Source: the human T2T-CHM13v2.0 reference genome, Homo sapiens
Length of the DNA: 64,000 nucleotides
Assembly (NCBI RefSeq): GCF_009914755.1
Contig: NC_060927.1
Direction: 5' to 3' (one strand)
This document shows positions 11,197 to 24,635 of the stretch, piece after piece (position 1 is the stretch's first letter; the number at the start of each line of letters is the position of its first letter). Both the position numbers and the translations under genes were made by a program. The notes beneath the pieces were generated by a model that saw only the letters and a list, made by a program, of their open reading frames with translations, did no database searches and was not told the DNA's origin.

Positions 11197-11496
11197 GGCT
11201 GGGCGAGGTGGCTCACACCTGTAATCCCAGCACTTTGGGAGGCCGAGGAGGGGGTGAATCACCTAAGGTTAGGAGTTCGAGACCAGCCTGGCCAAAATGG
11301 TGAAACCCCATCTCTACTAAAAATGCAAAAATTAGCCGGGCATGGTAGCACGCACCTGTAGTCCCAGCTACTGGGAAGGCTGAGGCATGAGATTCACTTG
11401 AACCCAGCAGGCGGGGGTTGCAGTGAGCCAAGATCGTGGAACTGTCCTCCAGCCTGGGTGACAGAGCAAGACTCTGCCTCAAAACAAAAAAAAAAA
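11197..11496 (+). mobile_element. Full-length Alu (AluSx-like)
   Basis: GGCTGGGCGAGGTGGCTCACACCTGTAATCCCAGCACTTTGGGAGG...ATCACCTAAGGTTAGGAGTTCGAGACC...A tail. Confidence 0.97.
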
Positions 11497-11599
11497 TTTA
11501 AAAATTATCAGCTTGATATTTTTTCCTCCAAAACTTTCAACTAGCCCATGCGGAAACATGTTGTAGGTCTTTTCATGCATTAACGTTTGTACCAAAAAA

Positions 11600-11755
11600 A
11601 GCTCACACACTGTTATTGTCTCCATTTTACAGGTGAGAAAACTGAGATGCTAGCAGGCCCAGCACCCTGTCAGAAGATTCAAATCACAGTTGGCAACGTT
11701 GAGAGTTAACCCAGATCCCCTTGCCTCCGGGTCTGGAACTCTCTGCTACTGTGCT
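11600..11755 (-). mobile_element. MIR relic
   Basis: TATTGTCTCCATTTTACAGGTGAGAAAACTGAG. Confidence 0.7.
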
Positions 11756-11947
11756 CTAAGGCATTCTTCCACACTGCTCCACAGAGGGCTTTTCTTGGCC
11801 TCAGGCAGAGAGATGAGTAATTATCTGTAAACCGGAATCAGGGTTTATCTCTCTGCTGTCTAAAGTACTAATGTACAATCACAGACTGTCAGAGCAGTAA
11901 AGTTCCCTAGATATCATTTAAGTGTTTTTCCTCAGCTGAGTACCTCA

Positions 11948-12364
<417 letters not shown>

Positions 12365-13011
12365 CAAACTGATTTAGAAGATCAATCACTAAATAAATAG
12401 AGTATCAGGAATTATTTTTTTCAAGTTACTTAATAATCCTGCTGGCCAGGATTGGACAGAGTTAACTTTTGCCTCAATTTCTTCAATGACTTTCATTACC
12501 AACCTCACCAATATCATGTAGAGGGACTGAGGCAGAAGGAACTGTTACTGCCTATGAGTCATCCATTCTTGACCTTCAGCATGTTTTGAAAATGTGTTGT
12601 GAAATGCTTAACAATCAATAATTCCATCACCAGGCAGTATGAGGCTGGGAGTTATGCAACAGGCGGAACAGGGCATTACTGCTACATCATTCAGGAGACT
12701 CCAAATATCTGTTGTGCTCAGAACCCTCAGCAGGACCTAAAGACACAAAGTACCCATAAAAGTTATTTTTTTTTAAAAAAAAAAAACAAAGAGAAGATGG
12801 AAGACAGAGGAGAAGTGAAAGTAGACTTCTTTCCTTGCATTGGATCAGTAAAGTGGGACTAGCAGTTAAGTGTGGATACTCTCAAGCTAGCATGTCTGTT
12901 CTTTTCTGTCAATGGCTAAGTCACACTCCAATGTTACACTGCTGCTAGGCAACTCTTCTCTGCGCCCTAGACAGTGGCTTCATCTCCAGACATTGCAAGT
13001 GTCCTAGGTGA

Positions 13012-13250
13012 AGGTAGCTAGTACAAAGGAAAGGAGCACAGAACAAGGAGGTGAAGACCCAGTTCAAGTCCCTGGCTGCCACTTACAGGCCTATGACACT
13101 GAGAGTGGTCACATTACCTGTCAGATCTCCAGGCCCTTCTGTCCTACCAAGGGTAGATGACATCTGCCCAATAGATTATACCCAGTTCAGAAGTGATGAG
13201 GGATGTGAAAACACGTTACAAACTACACAAATGCAAGGGACTATTAGTAG
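13012..13250 (+). mobile_element. MIR relic
   Basis: GAAGACCCAGTTCAAGTCCCTGGCTGCCACTTAC...GATGAGGGATGTGAAAAC. Confidence 0.6.
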
Positions 13251-13405
13251 AAACCCATGAATCTGATTTTGCAAGCTCAGATAAAAGGAGTCTCCCATTT
13301 AAAGATGGGCACTGGGGTATGACTTGTGGTTAGAGGCAAAATCAACGCCTGTGCCACGCAGGTGACAGAGGAGAATTTTCAGACTCTAATTTGTGCAGTC
13401 ACCAT

Positions 13406-13601
13406 GAGCTATAAGCTGGAAAATGTTTAACTGGTTCTACAGTGGTGAGAAAGCCCTGAATTATAGGTTTTGCTGATTTCTGTGGTATAAATACTTGCAC
13501 CATGGCACATTCAAGCTCTCAATGTGACATCAATAACCATGGAGTGAGGAAAAGATGCCCACCACTGTCTCTCCCTTTTATGCAAGTCAACATACTACTG
13601 G
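13406..13601 (-). mobile_element. MER63A-like hAT (Blackjack) DNA transposon
   Basis: AAATGTTTAAC...AAAGCCCTGA...TTTGCTGATTTCTGTGGTATAAATACT...CACCATGGC...TTCAAGCT; reverse-complement homolog of 46895-47103. Confidence 0.8.
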
Positions 13602-13814
13602 AAACTTCTCTGGAGGCTTAGGACCCTATAATGAACTTTGCAAGCCTTCTTGACATATGGGACTCAAGTTGTAACATTCAGCCACAAGTGTCTGCTCTAA
13701 TAATTCAGAGATGGAAATTCTTATTTTTATGGACATCCCTGAGCCCTAAAATGTAGTTCTAACATCCTTAGTAATGTTCTTTTCAAATCTGATGACTTGA
13801 GAGATCAGCAAGCA

Positions 13815-14052
13815 CAGTGGAATCCAGCACAGCATGAAAATGGAGTCAGAATCTTAGATCAGGCAGTTGCAGTCCCATCTGTGTGACCTTGCACAAGTCA
13901 CCTGCCATTTCTGAATCTCAGTTTCTTTGTCTACAATATGGGAAGAGCCCTGGTTTTGCCTGCTTCCAGGGCTATTGTGAGATCAAAGGAAAGAATGCAA
14001 GTGCAAGAGTTTTGAGGACAGCAAAATCCTATTTGGCTTTGAATTATTAATA
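13815..14052 (+). mobile_element. MIR relic
   Basis: TGGAGTCAGAA...TGTGTGACCTTGCACAAGTCAC...TCTGAATCTCAGTTTC. Confidence 0.75.
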
Positions 14053-14399
14053 TGACTTGCTTAAAAGTTTATTACTAGACTAATCCATGCTGTGCTAGGC
14101 AAGCCTTGCACAGGAACTTGAGTCCTCTATCTAGAGCACAAGCCCATACCATGGCTCTGCTAAGTTCAGTCAGGCTCAGGTGGGGCTTGCGAGACATAAA
14201 GTGAATGGCCCCTAAGGCCTGTGGAGTAGCTCTATTACATTGGGCCTAGGAGCATCCAAAACTGCTTTTGCCCACAAACTTTCACAACAAGTAACTTGTG
14301 GAGGTTAAAAACATGATCCAGCCCAGACACCATCATTCTAGGGCTTTACCATTATCCCTGAAGAGCTGGGCAATGGACTATGCTCAAAAATTTTCCCCA

Positions 14400-14505
14400 A
14401 CCAACTTTGAGGCCATATTTAAGGCTAGGGTCTGTTGGCGGGGGTGCCTGGGGGCGGGTCTGCATTTTAAACAAGCACCCCAGTTAATTCAGTTACAAGC
14501 AGGAC
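14400..14505. mobile_element. MER5-family fragment
   Basis: TCTGCATTTTAAACAAGCACCCCAGTTAATTC resembles the MER5 core. Confidence 0.5.
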
Positions 14506-15017
14506 TTGGTCAAAAAAAATTTTATATGGTGTGAAACTTGATGGAGCAGAACAAGGAAAAGATTCTCCATTGATTCTCTGCCAGGTACTTGATAGAAAGC
14601 AATACTTTTTGAGGGAAATCCTGGCTGTGCAGGGAGATACCTTTATAATCCACTTCCTGGTCAGGCTTCTTTCTTTCCTTCATGCAATATCACTGCCCTT
14701 AGCTACCCAAACACACATAAGATGAATAAAATATACAGCTGTGCCTAGGTTGGGCACACAGAATGCCAGCCACTGAGGCTTCTGCTAACAGCATAGCCAC
14801 TCACTGTCTGCCATCCAGCACCCACCCAAAGCCAGCACAAAGAGATGATTTCAGAGAGGTTTGTCTAAAGCACTGTCTATCCACTCAGTCCTTTATATAT
14901 CCTAAAGGAAAAGTTCTGTTGATCAACACAACACCTATTGATTCTGTATCACCAGTTAACATATCCTAAAGACAACCTTATTGCTCCATGTACAGCATTA
15001 TTCTATCTTTCATCTGC

Positions 15018-15960
15018 CCATTTAGTCAACAAATACTTATCAGGCTCCAACTGTGTCAAGCACATATATAGAGCTGGAAATCTAGGATGACTGAGGTTCC
15101 GTTCCTGTCTTTGAAAAGTTAGTCTTGGAGAATTCAGAAACTAAGCAAACAGTTGCAGCACCATGTGGTAAGTATAACTGAGATTTACACAGGTATTGGG
15201 GCATACAAAGGAGGGAAAACCACACTATGGTGGCTGTTGGAAGGGGATCAGGAAAGCTTCCTAGAATAGGAGGGGACCAGGTTTGCAAAGGTGGCAGGAG
15301 TTCTGGACAGAAGTAGTAGCCTGTGCAAAACATGGCCACAGGGGCAGCGATGTGCACCGGGGGAGCAAGTAGCCCGTGTTACTGGAACAGACAATCTGTC
15401 AGGGGTGTGGCAGCAGATCAGACTGAAAACCAAGCAGGTGAAAGTCTTCATCTGCCAGGCCATGAGTTTAGATTTCACCTTGAAAGCAACGGGCAGCCTA
15501 TTCAGAAAGACTAGGTTTGCATTTTTTATAGATGAGTTTGTAGAGAGGTAGTGTAGAGAACAAGCTGAAACAATAAGAAAGCAAGTTAAGAAGTCATCGA
15601 AATAGGCTAGATGAGAGACGATAGGGACCAGAACTGAAGCAGGGGTGTTGGAGGTGAAGAGGAGAGGAAGGATTTTGAATAAATCAACGAGACAGTGTCT
15701 CCAGGATTCACTGGGTGTGGGCTGGAGGTTGGGGTGAAGTCATCTAAACAACCTGAGATTTTCTGACAGGGAGAGCTTATGTGTGTGATGCTTTAACCAA
15801 GATAATAAACACAGGGAGAGGAACCAATTTCAGAAAGAAGTTAATGAATGCAGTTTGGAATATGTTCAGTTTAGGATGACTCTGAAATATCCAAGTGAAA
15901 AAATTTAGTCACTAGTTAATATGCGCTTGCAGTTCAAAACAAGGAATGAGATGGAAATAT
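15018..15960 (-). mobile_element. L2 LINE relic including 3' end
   Basis: CATTTAGTCAACAAATACTTATCAGGCTCCAACTGTGTCAAGCAC (antisense L2 terminus) followed by a purine-rich L2 body. Confidence 0.82.
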
Positions 15961-17053
15961 AAGAACTTTTTTTCATTAGATGTAAAACTCTTGCTAAAGA
16001 CATATTCATTACTCTTCTAATGAATATACTCAGATAATGTACTCAGTGATACATTCCTTTTCAAAATTAATATTAGGAAAAATGTCTCTCAAATAATCAG
16101 GACACATACTTCAATCAGAAAAAGAATATTATGTACGTCATCATGTTTACTTTTTTGTCCTGCCTGCCAGGAAGCTCAGTTTATATTTCATGCTCAGTTG
16201 CAGTAACTACACCAAGCCTTAGAACATAACACATTGGCTTTCTCGCTATTGTTCTAGTTTTATCTTCTTATTTGCAGTGTAACATCCCATTGCATGTCCC
16301 GTATATTGAAAGCTGCCTCTACTTCTCTCTGGTAATAAAAAGTATGTATGTTTTCACTTGATATTATTAAGTTAAGGTTGAGCCCTATTTATTTCAAATA
16401 TTTTTAAGGCTCCCAAAAAGCAGCTTTTTTTTTTTTTTTTTTTTTTTACAGTCTATGACAGTGGCTATTTTTTCCCCAGATAAAAGAGAGAAAATTAAAC
16501 AACAGCAACAACAACAAAAAAACCCACCCTCTTTGGAAAGGGAATTGATCCTCAGGGACTAGTTAGAGCCAAAGGAGCCAGAAGCTTATAGATCATTACA
16601 AAAAGCTAGAGCCATTGACTCAAAAAGAGCATCCGAATGGTATGAGGAAGAAAACCTGAGCAGATGAGTTCCGACCCAGCCCCTCTCCTACTTCTCAGCC
16701 AAGTGGAACGCTTTACTCCCAAGATGAGGTAGGGCCATGACGAAAATAGCATCAGAGAGGGTTTGAGTACATTTCTTTCAAGTTATTAAGAGATATCCTT
16801 AACCTTAGAGAAAAAAAAAAGTCATCATCATGATAATTTTTATCATTTAACAATGCCCTTGAATCCATTATCTACCTGAGTCTTCTCCAGTGTTCTGATG
16901 GGTAGGTTAGGGCAAAAACTGCCATCGTTCATACTTCATAGATCCATATATTCCCACATAATGTCACCTCGGGCCACTTTTAGGAAACACCTATCAAGCT
17001 GGGCTTACTTCCCTTCATTAAGATCATTCACAGTTATGAAAGTAGAATAACAA

Positions 17054-17525
<472 letters not shown>

Positions 17526-17934
17526 TGCGCTCCCTCTTAGCTGCCTTTGTAGAGTTAAAAAAGGGAACATGGAGACCATGTGCTCCTGGATGTTCCTCCA
17601 CGGAGCCCAGCAGCTTTGGAATCCTCTCGAGCTTTCAGGAGGAGCCCCTACTTCAGGCTTCAACAGCTCATTTACTGGCATAGTGAGATGCTAATGATAG
17701 AAACCACCAAATGGACAGTTTTAACTAATCTGACTTCCCCCTTCACTAATGAATGCAGCCACTTTGTCCCACAAAATCAGTAGTGGGTTAGAACCCCTTC
17801 TTTCCTTCTGGTAGAATTCACCTGCCTCTGGTTTCATCAGCCAAGAGGCCTGAGAGCAGCCAATCAAGAAAGCAGCAATCAAAGTAATTTTTAAAGGAGT
17901 TGATGAAATTAAGAACATTGGGTTTTATTAAGCC

Positions 17935-18100
17935 AGGTCCAGAAGACCTTCCTAGCTGTGAGACCTCATGCAAGTCATTTCACCTCCCTGTGTCTTACTT
18001 CCATCTGAAAAATGGGTCGAAAATAAGCCCCGTCTGACTCACCATGTAGACTAGTTCTAAGATCATAGTTAGGTGTTATTAGCACCTTGTAAATATGTTC
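17935..18100 (+). mobile_element. MIR relic
   Basis: CTAGCTGTGAGACCTCATGCAAGTCATTTCACCTCCCTGTGTC...CATCTGAAAAATGGG. Confidence 0.7.
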
Positions 18101-18604
18101 TCAGAAGGCGAGGGGTACTCAGTTCTATCCATGCAGGAATTTCCAAACATGTAACTCAAGGGGCAGAGAGGTAGCCTAGGAAAAGCATGGGCCTCATGGG
18201 ACACAGACTACTAGGTGTGGCACGTGCAGTGACGCCTGCATTGTGGTGAGAAGAGAGACACAGGGATGCCACAAGCAGCTACACAAGACCCCTTTCCACA
18301 TGTACCCAGGCTGACAAAATCACCAGAAAATACAAGCCTTTAAAAGAATCAATTAGTCCCACAATTTTATTCCCCAGGGAAGATAAAATTTACACGCTTC
18401 CTGTAATCAATCAATCCCACAAACCTCTTGAAACTTCAGTCAGAAAATTTGCAAACTGCTAAGCAATACACAACTTTTTTTATAGGTGGCAGACTAGAGG
18501 TGGGAAGGGAACATCAGGCTCTTTGATACATGTAAACGAAAACATGTTGGTCTTTAAAGAGTTATGATGAACTCTCGGTTTTTCAATAGGAGACTAGAAT
18601 TTTA

Positions 18605-19160
18605 AAATCATAGACAGTAGAGCCAGAAAACCTCTTAGAGGCCATTTTCTAATGTATCCTCCCCCCACCCATTTTACAGAAAAGGAAACTAAAACTCAGA
18701 CAGACGTGACCTGCTTCCAGTTATACCACAAGGTAAAATCAGATAAAATCATGAGCTGTGTCCCTTTCTGCATTTAACTCAGCACACATTTACTAAGCAC
18801 CAACCAAATTCTTGCTGAAGAAACAAAGATGGATAAGTCGCAGAATGCATCTTCAAGGAATTCAGAGTCCATTAGGGAGACAGACATATAAGCAGATGAT
18901 TCCAGCACAGATTGGCATGTGCTATATTAATGATACAGAGTGCTATGAGAATACACAGAATTGGGAGTGGCTAATTCTGCCTGGGGTTGCCAGGAAAGTC
19001 TCCATCCAGGAGTGGGCATTTGAGTGCATTGACAGATAGAGTGGAAGAGCATTCCAAGCAAAAGGAAAAGAGTGAACTAAAGCAAGGGGACGGGAGAGAA
19101 CACAGCTTGTGTGGAAAGCCCCACACAAATAGTTTGAAACAGCTGGAGGGTTTATAGAAG
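18605..19160 (-). mobile_element. MIR (-) followed by L2 3' fragment (-)
   Basis: CCCATTTTACAGAAAAGGAAACT (MIR); CAGCACACATTTACTAAGCACC...CTTCAAGGAATTCAGAGTC...GAGCATTCCAAGCAAAAGGAA (L2). Confidence 0.7.
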
Positions 19161-20379
19161 GTGCTGCAAAACCACCTCAGGGGATGTCACTAGGTCACAG
19201 CTGCCACCCTCCACCTCATTTGGCATGCTCCCTGGGGCTACGGCCTGTGTCCACCTAATGGGCCAGTATAACACCTGGCCAAGTGCCGATGGCATGGTGG
19301 GGCTTAATGAATTCCCTTTGAAGATGAGAGGATTGTGAGGGAGAAAAGAATTTGCCACTCAAGTGAGTCAACTGGAACGGAAGGTGTGTCCTGGCTTCTG
19401 AGACCTAGCACTCTGGCTGGTTGACCAGACAGCCGAGGTCACCTCCCCTGGGGCCACAGGGTTCTACTTGGGAACATCAAGTCTTTTTTCAGCAAGTTGT
19501 TCCTAAGCCACAACACTCTGGCTCACCCCCTGCCTTTGTAGTTTTACCAGTATAATTGATCCCAGAGCTCGGTTTCTGCCATACCCCTTGGTTTCCTAGG
19601 GAGTGATGATATATGCAGGCCTCCTTGGAGCTGCAGCACAGCCCAGGCCTCCTGGGGGAGAACACGGAGGGATATGTAAGAGGCAGACATAAATAGTCTT
19701 GCACTGCAGTAGTCATCCTTTTGGGTGCTCTGAGCTTCCTGTCCTGAGCTAAGATTTTCCTCTGGGGTTAGCTGAGGCACAGAAAGATAAACAAAGCTTT
19801 AAAGTGACTCCCCTCATTGGAAAGCTACAAGCACTTCCAAGACACCATTTTTTCCTACCTTCTGATAAGCGTGTCTAGGCTTCCCATCATCACACCCTGT
19901 GAAGAATCCGTAAGGTGTGTATGGGAAGAGGAGAGACCACTTGAGTATGAGACGTCTTTCAAGTGCCCTCCCACATATGCTAGGTCTACAAAATGTCAAA
20001 ACAGCCAGGCAAATCATGCCAGGATTCATCATGGCAGGGGGAAACCAGTCACCCCTGATACTCACCATTGAGCAGCCCAAACAACTCTTAATGACTAAGG
20101 TTTTTTCCACTTACACCTGGTTCTTTTGCTTTCACCACACAATCGTGTTAGCAAATGAGATCCTTGAGTAAGCAAAACAGGTCCTTCACCGATTATCTTG
20201 TAAAAACACATTCCATATCCTACTACAGATATTTAGAGCAAGCAACATTTATTCACCTAGGTTTTTCAAAACACGCCTCCAAGCCATTTTTACCATGTAG
20301 TTGCTATGATCTGAAAAATCAAGTGTGTGCACAAGCAGGCAGCCAATGGCTTGCGAGAGAAGGATAACTGGGCAAAGAA

Positions 20380-21345
20380 CAAAATTAAAAGCAAGTCACA
20401 GATGCAGAAAATGCACTTACAATTTATGTAACTGGATTAGTACCCAGAACACAGGAGGAAGAAAATTCTACACATCCATAAGGAGAAAAAAACATAGAAA
20501 TAAATGATCAGTCTATATCAACAAGGAAAACTCTGAAAAGGAAATAATCCTAAAAGAAATGGAAAGATGCTTAACTTCACTGATACTCAAAGAAATGCAA
20601 AATAAAAAATTAGGAGATGCCATTTCAGACCCATCAGATTGGCTAAAATTTTAAAAGTCGGACAACATGAAATGTTTGACATGATAAAGCAATGACAAAA
20701 CATGTAGACACTGATGATAGGACTGTAAATGAAAAAAAGCCATTTTGGATAGAAATTTGGCAATATCTATCAAATTTGAGGTTTAGTAGACCTTATATCT
20801 TAGCAATTCCACTCTTGGTATACAACCAAGAGAAGCTCTTGCATACAACCAAGAGAAGCTCTTGCATACCTACATAAAAAGCCTTGTATTTAAGAGAATT
20901 GTTTTTAAAAGAAAAAAGTAATTTAAAAGTTCATTAGTAGGAAAAGGCTTTATAAATTGTGATACATTCATATGAAGGGATATTATATCAAATTTAAAGT
21001 GAGTGAACTGAAACTAACGTATCAATATTGATACATCTAAAATAATAATGTTGAATACAAAAGCAATTTTTAGAATAATCAATATTATTCATGCAAATTT
21101 TAGTAACATGAAGTAATACTATATATTGTGTTGTACACATACTTACGGAGTAAATCTACCAAACATGGACAGGACAGACGCATACATCTTTGAGACGGTA
21201 GCTATTCTGGGGAGGAAGGAAAAGGGCTGGAAGGAGGCAAGCGACAAAGGATACAGTTATTTTTGGATTTCGCTTCTTTAAAAAGCTGAACCAGGTATAA
21301 GGAAATGTTAACATTCTCAAAAAATCATGGTGGTGGGAATGTGAA
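20380..21345 (+). mobile_element. Ancient L1 (L1ME/L1MC-class) ORF2 end and 3' UTR relic
   Basis: ATGGAAAGATGCTTAACTTCACTGATACTCAAAGAAATGCAAAATAAAA...CCCATCAGATTGGC...TTTGGCAATATCTATCAAA...AGCAATTCCACTCTTGG. Confidence 0.85.
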
Positions 21346-21718
21346 TGTAAGGGTCAGTATAAGTTAGGTTTTGCTGCAATAACAGAAACCCCAAATCTCA
21401 ATGGCTTAAAAGAGCAAAGATTTCTTTTTTTATTTCATACATTGTAGGTTGGCAGAAGGTGCTGCTTGTTGTTGCCACTCAGGGACCAAGGCTGACAGAG
21501 CAGTCACCACCTCCTTGCTGGCAGCTGCACCAGAAGGAAAGAGAGAGCAATTACATGCTCCAGATTGGAAGTGACACACGCTGTCTCCTTTCACAGCTAA
21601 GTGGCCCAGACTAGCACCTGGATTTACCTTGCTCAAGGGCCAGGAGTGCAATTCTACCATGTTCCCAGAAATGGAAAGAACTGGAAATATTTAGCTAACA
21701 GCGTGAAACTTCACTACG
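21346..21718 (-). mobile_element. MaLR solo LTR (MLT1J/I-like)
   Basis: TAGGTTTTGCTGCAATAACAGAAACCCCAAATCTCAATGGCTTAAA...CACTCAGGGACCAAGGCTGACAGAG...GGAAGTGACACAC...GAACTGGAAATATTT. Confidence 0.85.
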
Positions 21719-22069
21719 ATGGATGTTTGTTACAGTACTTGTCATCCTTTTTTACATGTTTGGATTATGCTTCATATTTTACACAATGGGAAGAAAAGCC
21801 CTGGTTTTTAAATCAGGAAGGGTGAGTTTTAGTCTGAGAAACAGAAGGTGAAAGAGTCAGTGGGTGGTGGACAGCAGTGGACAGAGGCTGTCAGTCCCAT
21901 ATATCTGCCTATTCCCAGGCCTGTCTCCATGACTGTAATATCCACAATGATGCTGCAATTATCCCTTCTCCAGAAATGCATGTCCATGTAAATGACCCCA
22001 AGCAGGTTGACCTTCTTTGCTTTTGTTTCTATCCACTGAGGCTGAGTAGGCAATAGGAACCCTGATACA

Positions 22070-22310
22070 AAGAGATGTGGTATGCAGGTCACGGATTATA
22101 AGGTCCAAAGACTTCACTAAGTCAGTCCCAGCTCTGCCACTCACACTTCCTGTCACCTTGGGCAAATTGCCATAGTGCCCATGTCTATTTTCCTCCTCTG
22201 TAAAATGGGCATAACAATAACACTAAGTCTCTGAATAGTTGTGATAAACAAATGAAGTATGTAAAGTGTTTTGTAACTGTAACGTGCTGTACAGAAGGTC
22301 ACTGTTACTA
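22070..22310 (+). mobile_element. MIR relic
   Basis: AGTCCCAGCTCTGCCACT...GTCACCTTGGGCAAATT...TTTCCTCCTCTGTAAAATGGGCATAACAATA...TGTAAAGTGTTTTGTAACTGTAA. Confidence 0.85.
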
Positions 22311-23494
22311 AAGACCCAAATTTCACTGCAAGGGAAGCCTCAGTCCAGATTTACATTTCTGGCCGACAATGACTCACACAACTTCCTTCACCAGAGCCAC
22401 CTGGTTGACAAAATAGACCCAGGCATCATTCTGTGGTCCAACTACTTGAAGAATCTATTGATTTCCCCTTGCGAAAGTGAGTCTGGGAGCGGGGATTAAG
22501 CATTACTGCAGATTCCCCAGGGGAGAATAAAGGGAGAGGCTATGATTCCTGTGAACACGGCCTGAATGGGGAGATGCTCTAGGCCTGGACTGAAGCCTGG
22601 GTCTCTGGGACCCATGGAATATTGGAGCTGGAAGAGCACACAAGGGAAACAGTGATCTTTCCCATCATTTTTGAAATGAAGAAACTTAGGCCAGGAGGGC
22701 CAAAAAGGATGGCCCTTCTCAAACAGCAAGAGAAAGATAATCAAGAGATCTGAGATTTATCCCGGGATCTTCTATTAACTCAGGGCAAGCCCCTTTTTAC
22801 CAAATGCCTGTTTCCTCACAGGCAATTCAGGGATTGAACCTGACCTCCATGGTGATTTCTAATGCCTGTTACCTTAAGTGACACTCAGTTCTATTACATG
22901 TAAAATGCAGTAGAGTTCTCCTGAAAAGTGAGCTTTCTGGTCCAGGTATTGACTTTGTAGGTTTGGCTCTCAGGAGTTATCTTCTTGTCCCCCTATTCAC
23001 TCTCTGAATGCCACCTATTTTCCTGCTAAAAAAATGCTTCTTGGTGTCTTGCTAATTTTTTTCTTAGACCTTGGAGCCTTCATGCTCTGGACTTTCCTCT
23101 TACCTAACAAATATTCTTACCTGCCACTGTTACCTGCTCTGGGGGCTTGGCCAGAATAGCCTTCAGTGGGTAGCAGAGAACATGAGACATAAGTCTTGCC
23201 CCCAAAGTCACTCCCAGGGGATGCCCTGTATGGCAATATTGCTGCTGATAACATTTCCCCAGAGATCACAGGAAGCTGCGCAACCAGATGCAAGTGTATG
23301 TCTGATCTACAGGCAGCAGGTGCATCCTGCTTTGACAGGAGACGCAAACTCTACAGGAGGATCTCTCATGCCATATTACCTGGGGCCTTGCCCCTGAGGC
23401 TGACACAGTTTCTCCTCAGAGTTTGCACTAACTCATTCTGCCAGCAAGTCCCAGGAACAGAGAAAAGACTAATGCCTCCATCCATAATAACAAA

Positions 23495-23710
23495 AGGTAG
23501 CCATCACACCTGCAAGGCACTTCTTAGTCTGCAAAGCACTTTCATACCCATTAGCTTATTTGATTTTTATGAAGAACTGAGAGGTAGCTGGGGAAGGGAT
23601 TTTTCTCCTGTGTTATAGATGAGAAAGTTTATCTGAGGCCCAGAGAGGTTAAAGAATGTAAGGTCAGATCTTTTGATTCTAATTCCTGTTCTTTCCCCAT
23701 GGTACTACTG
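23495..23710 (-). mobile_element. MIR relic
   Basis: GCAAAGCACTTTCATACCCATTA...TATAGATGAGAAA...TGAGGCCCAGAGAGGTTAA. Confidence 0.75.
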
Positions 23711-24109
23711 AAGTATTATCATCTTATTATAAAATTATATTAACAATCAAGCTAGAGGGTCTAAATCACTCTCAAATATATAGATACTCATCAGCTCTCT
23801 TTTGCCCTTCAATTAACAATTTAGGAGGAGAAACCATTTCTGAAACCAAAACAGCATTTACATTGTGGTTTGTGTATTATCTGGTGTCTAGAATCCAGGT
23901 CTTTAGTTAACCTTTTCACCCCTTGTCCATTTTCACCCCTAACTGGGTTTTTATTTTGATCAGTACAACTGGAGAAGGAAAAGCAAATGCTGTTGTACTC
24001 GTCATCATGTGGGTGTCCGCAACCTCAAAATGTCTCCTTAAAGGGATTTCCAAGGTTGAAGGTCATAACAGGAACTCTGTACTGTCTAAGACCTGTAATG
24101 ATTCCCTAT

Positions 24110-24240
24110 TGCTTAGAGGGGGCTGAGAACCAGCAGCATCAGCATCATCTGAGAGTTTATTAGAAATGCAAATTTTCAGGTTCCACTCCAGACCAACTGC
24201 ATCAGAATCTATATTTTAACAAGATCCCTCAGGTCACTGG
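24110..24240 (+). mobile_element. MER5A-like hAT-Charlie fragment
   Basis: ACCAGCAGCATCAGCATCATCTGAGAGTTTATTAGAAATGCAAATTTTCAGG...ATCAGAATCTATATTTTAACAAGATCCC. Confidence 0.85.
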
Positions 24241-24299
24241 TAGAGTCCTTTATTTACCCCAACTGCCTGTGAAGGCAACACTGTCCAGTTATACATTCT

Positions 24300-24635
24300 C
24301 ACTTCACATCTCGCCTTTGCTCCTGCAATTATTCCTTCCCCTTGTTTGTCCTTGGACCAAATCCTTCCCATGCTTTAAAGTCTGTATCCTCCAAAAAGCC
24401 AAGCCAGAGCTTCCCAGGAGGGAGTAAACTTTCCTTCCTCTAAATCCCAGTGCCACAGGCCCTGCACTTTCTATCTTAGATTATGATTTTTATGATCATG
24501 ATTTATCTCCCTCTTTAAATTATGAGCTCTTCAAAGTCAAGATCGAGGTCTGATTCATTCCTATATTTCCGAAAGCAACGCAATACTTTGCACAGTTCCT
24601 ACTGCAAATTAGTTCCCCAATGCATTTGTCCATAA
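24300..24635 (+). mobile_element. L2 3' fragment
   Basis: GCCTTTGCTCCTGC...TTTATCTCCCTCTTTAAATTATGAGCTCTTCAAAGTCAAGA. Confidence 0.6.
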
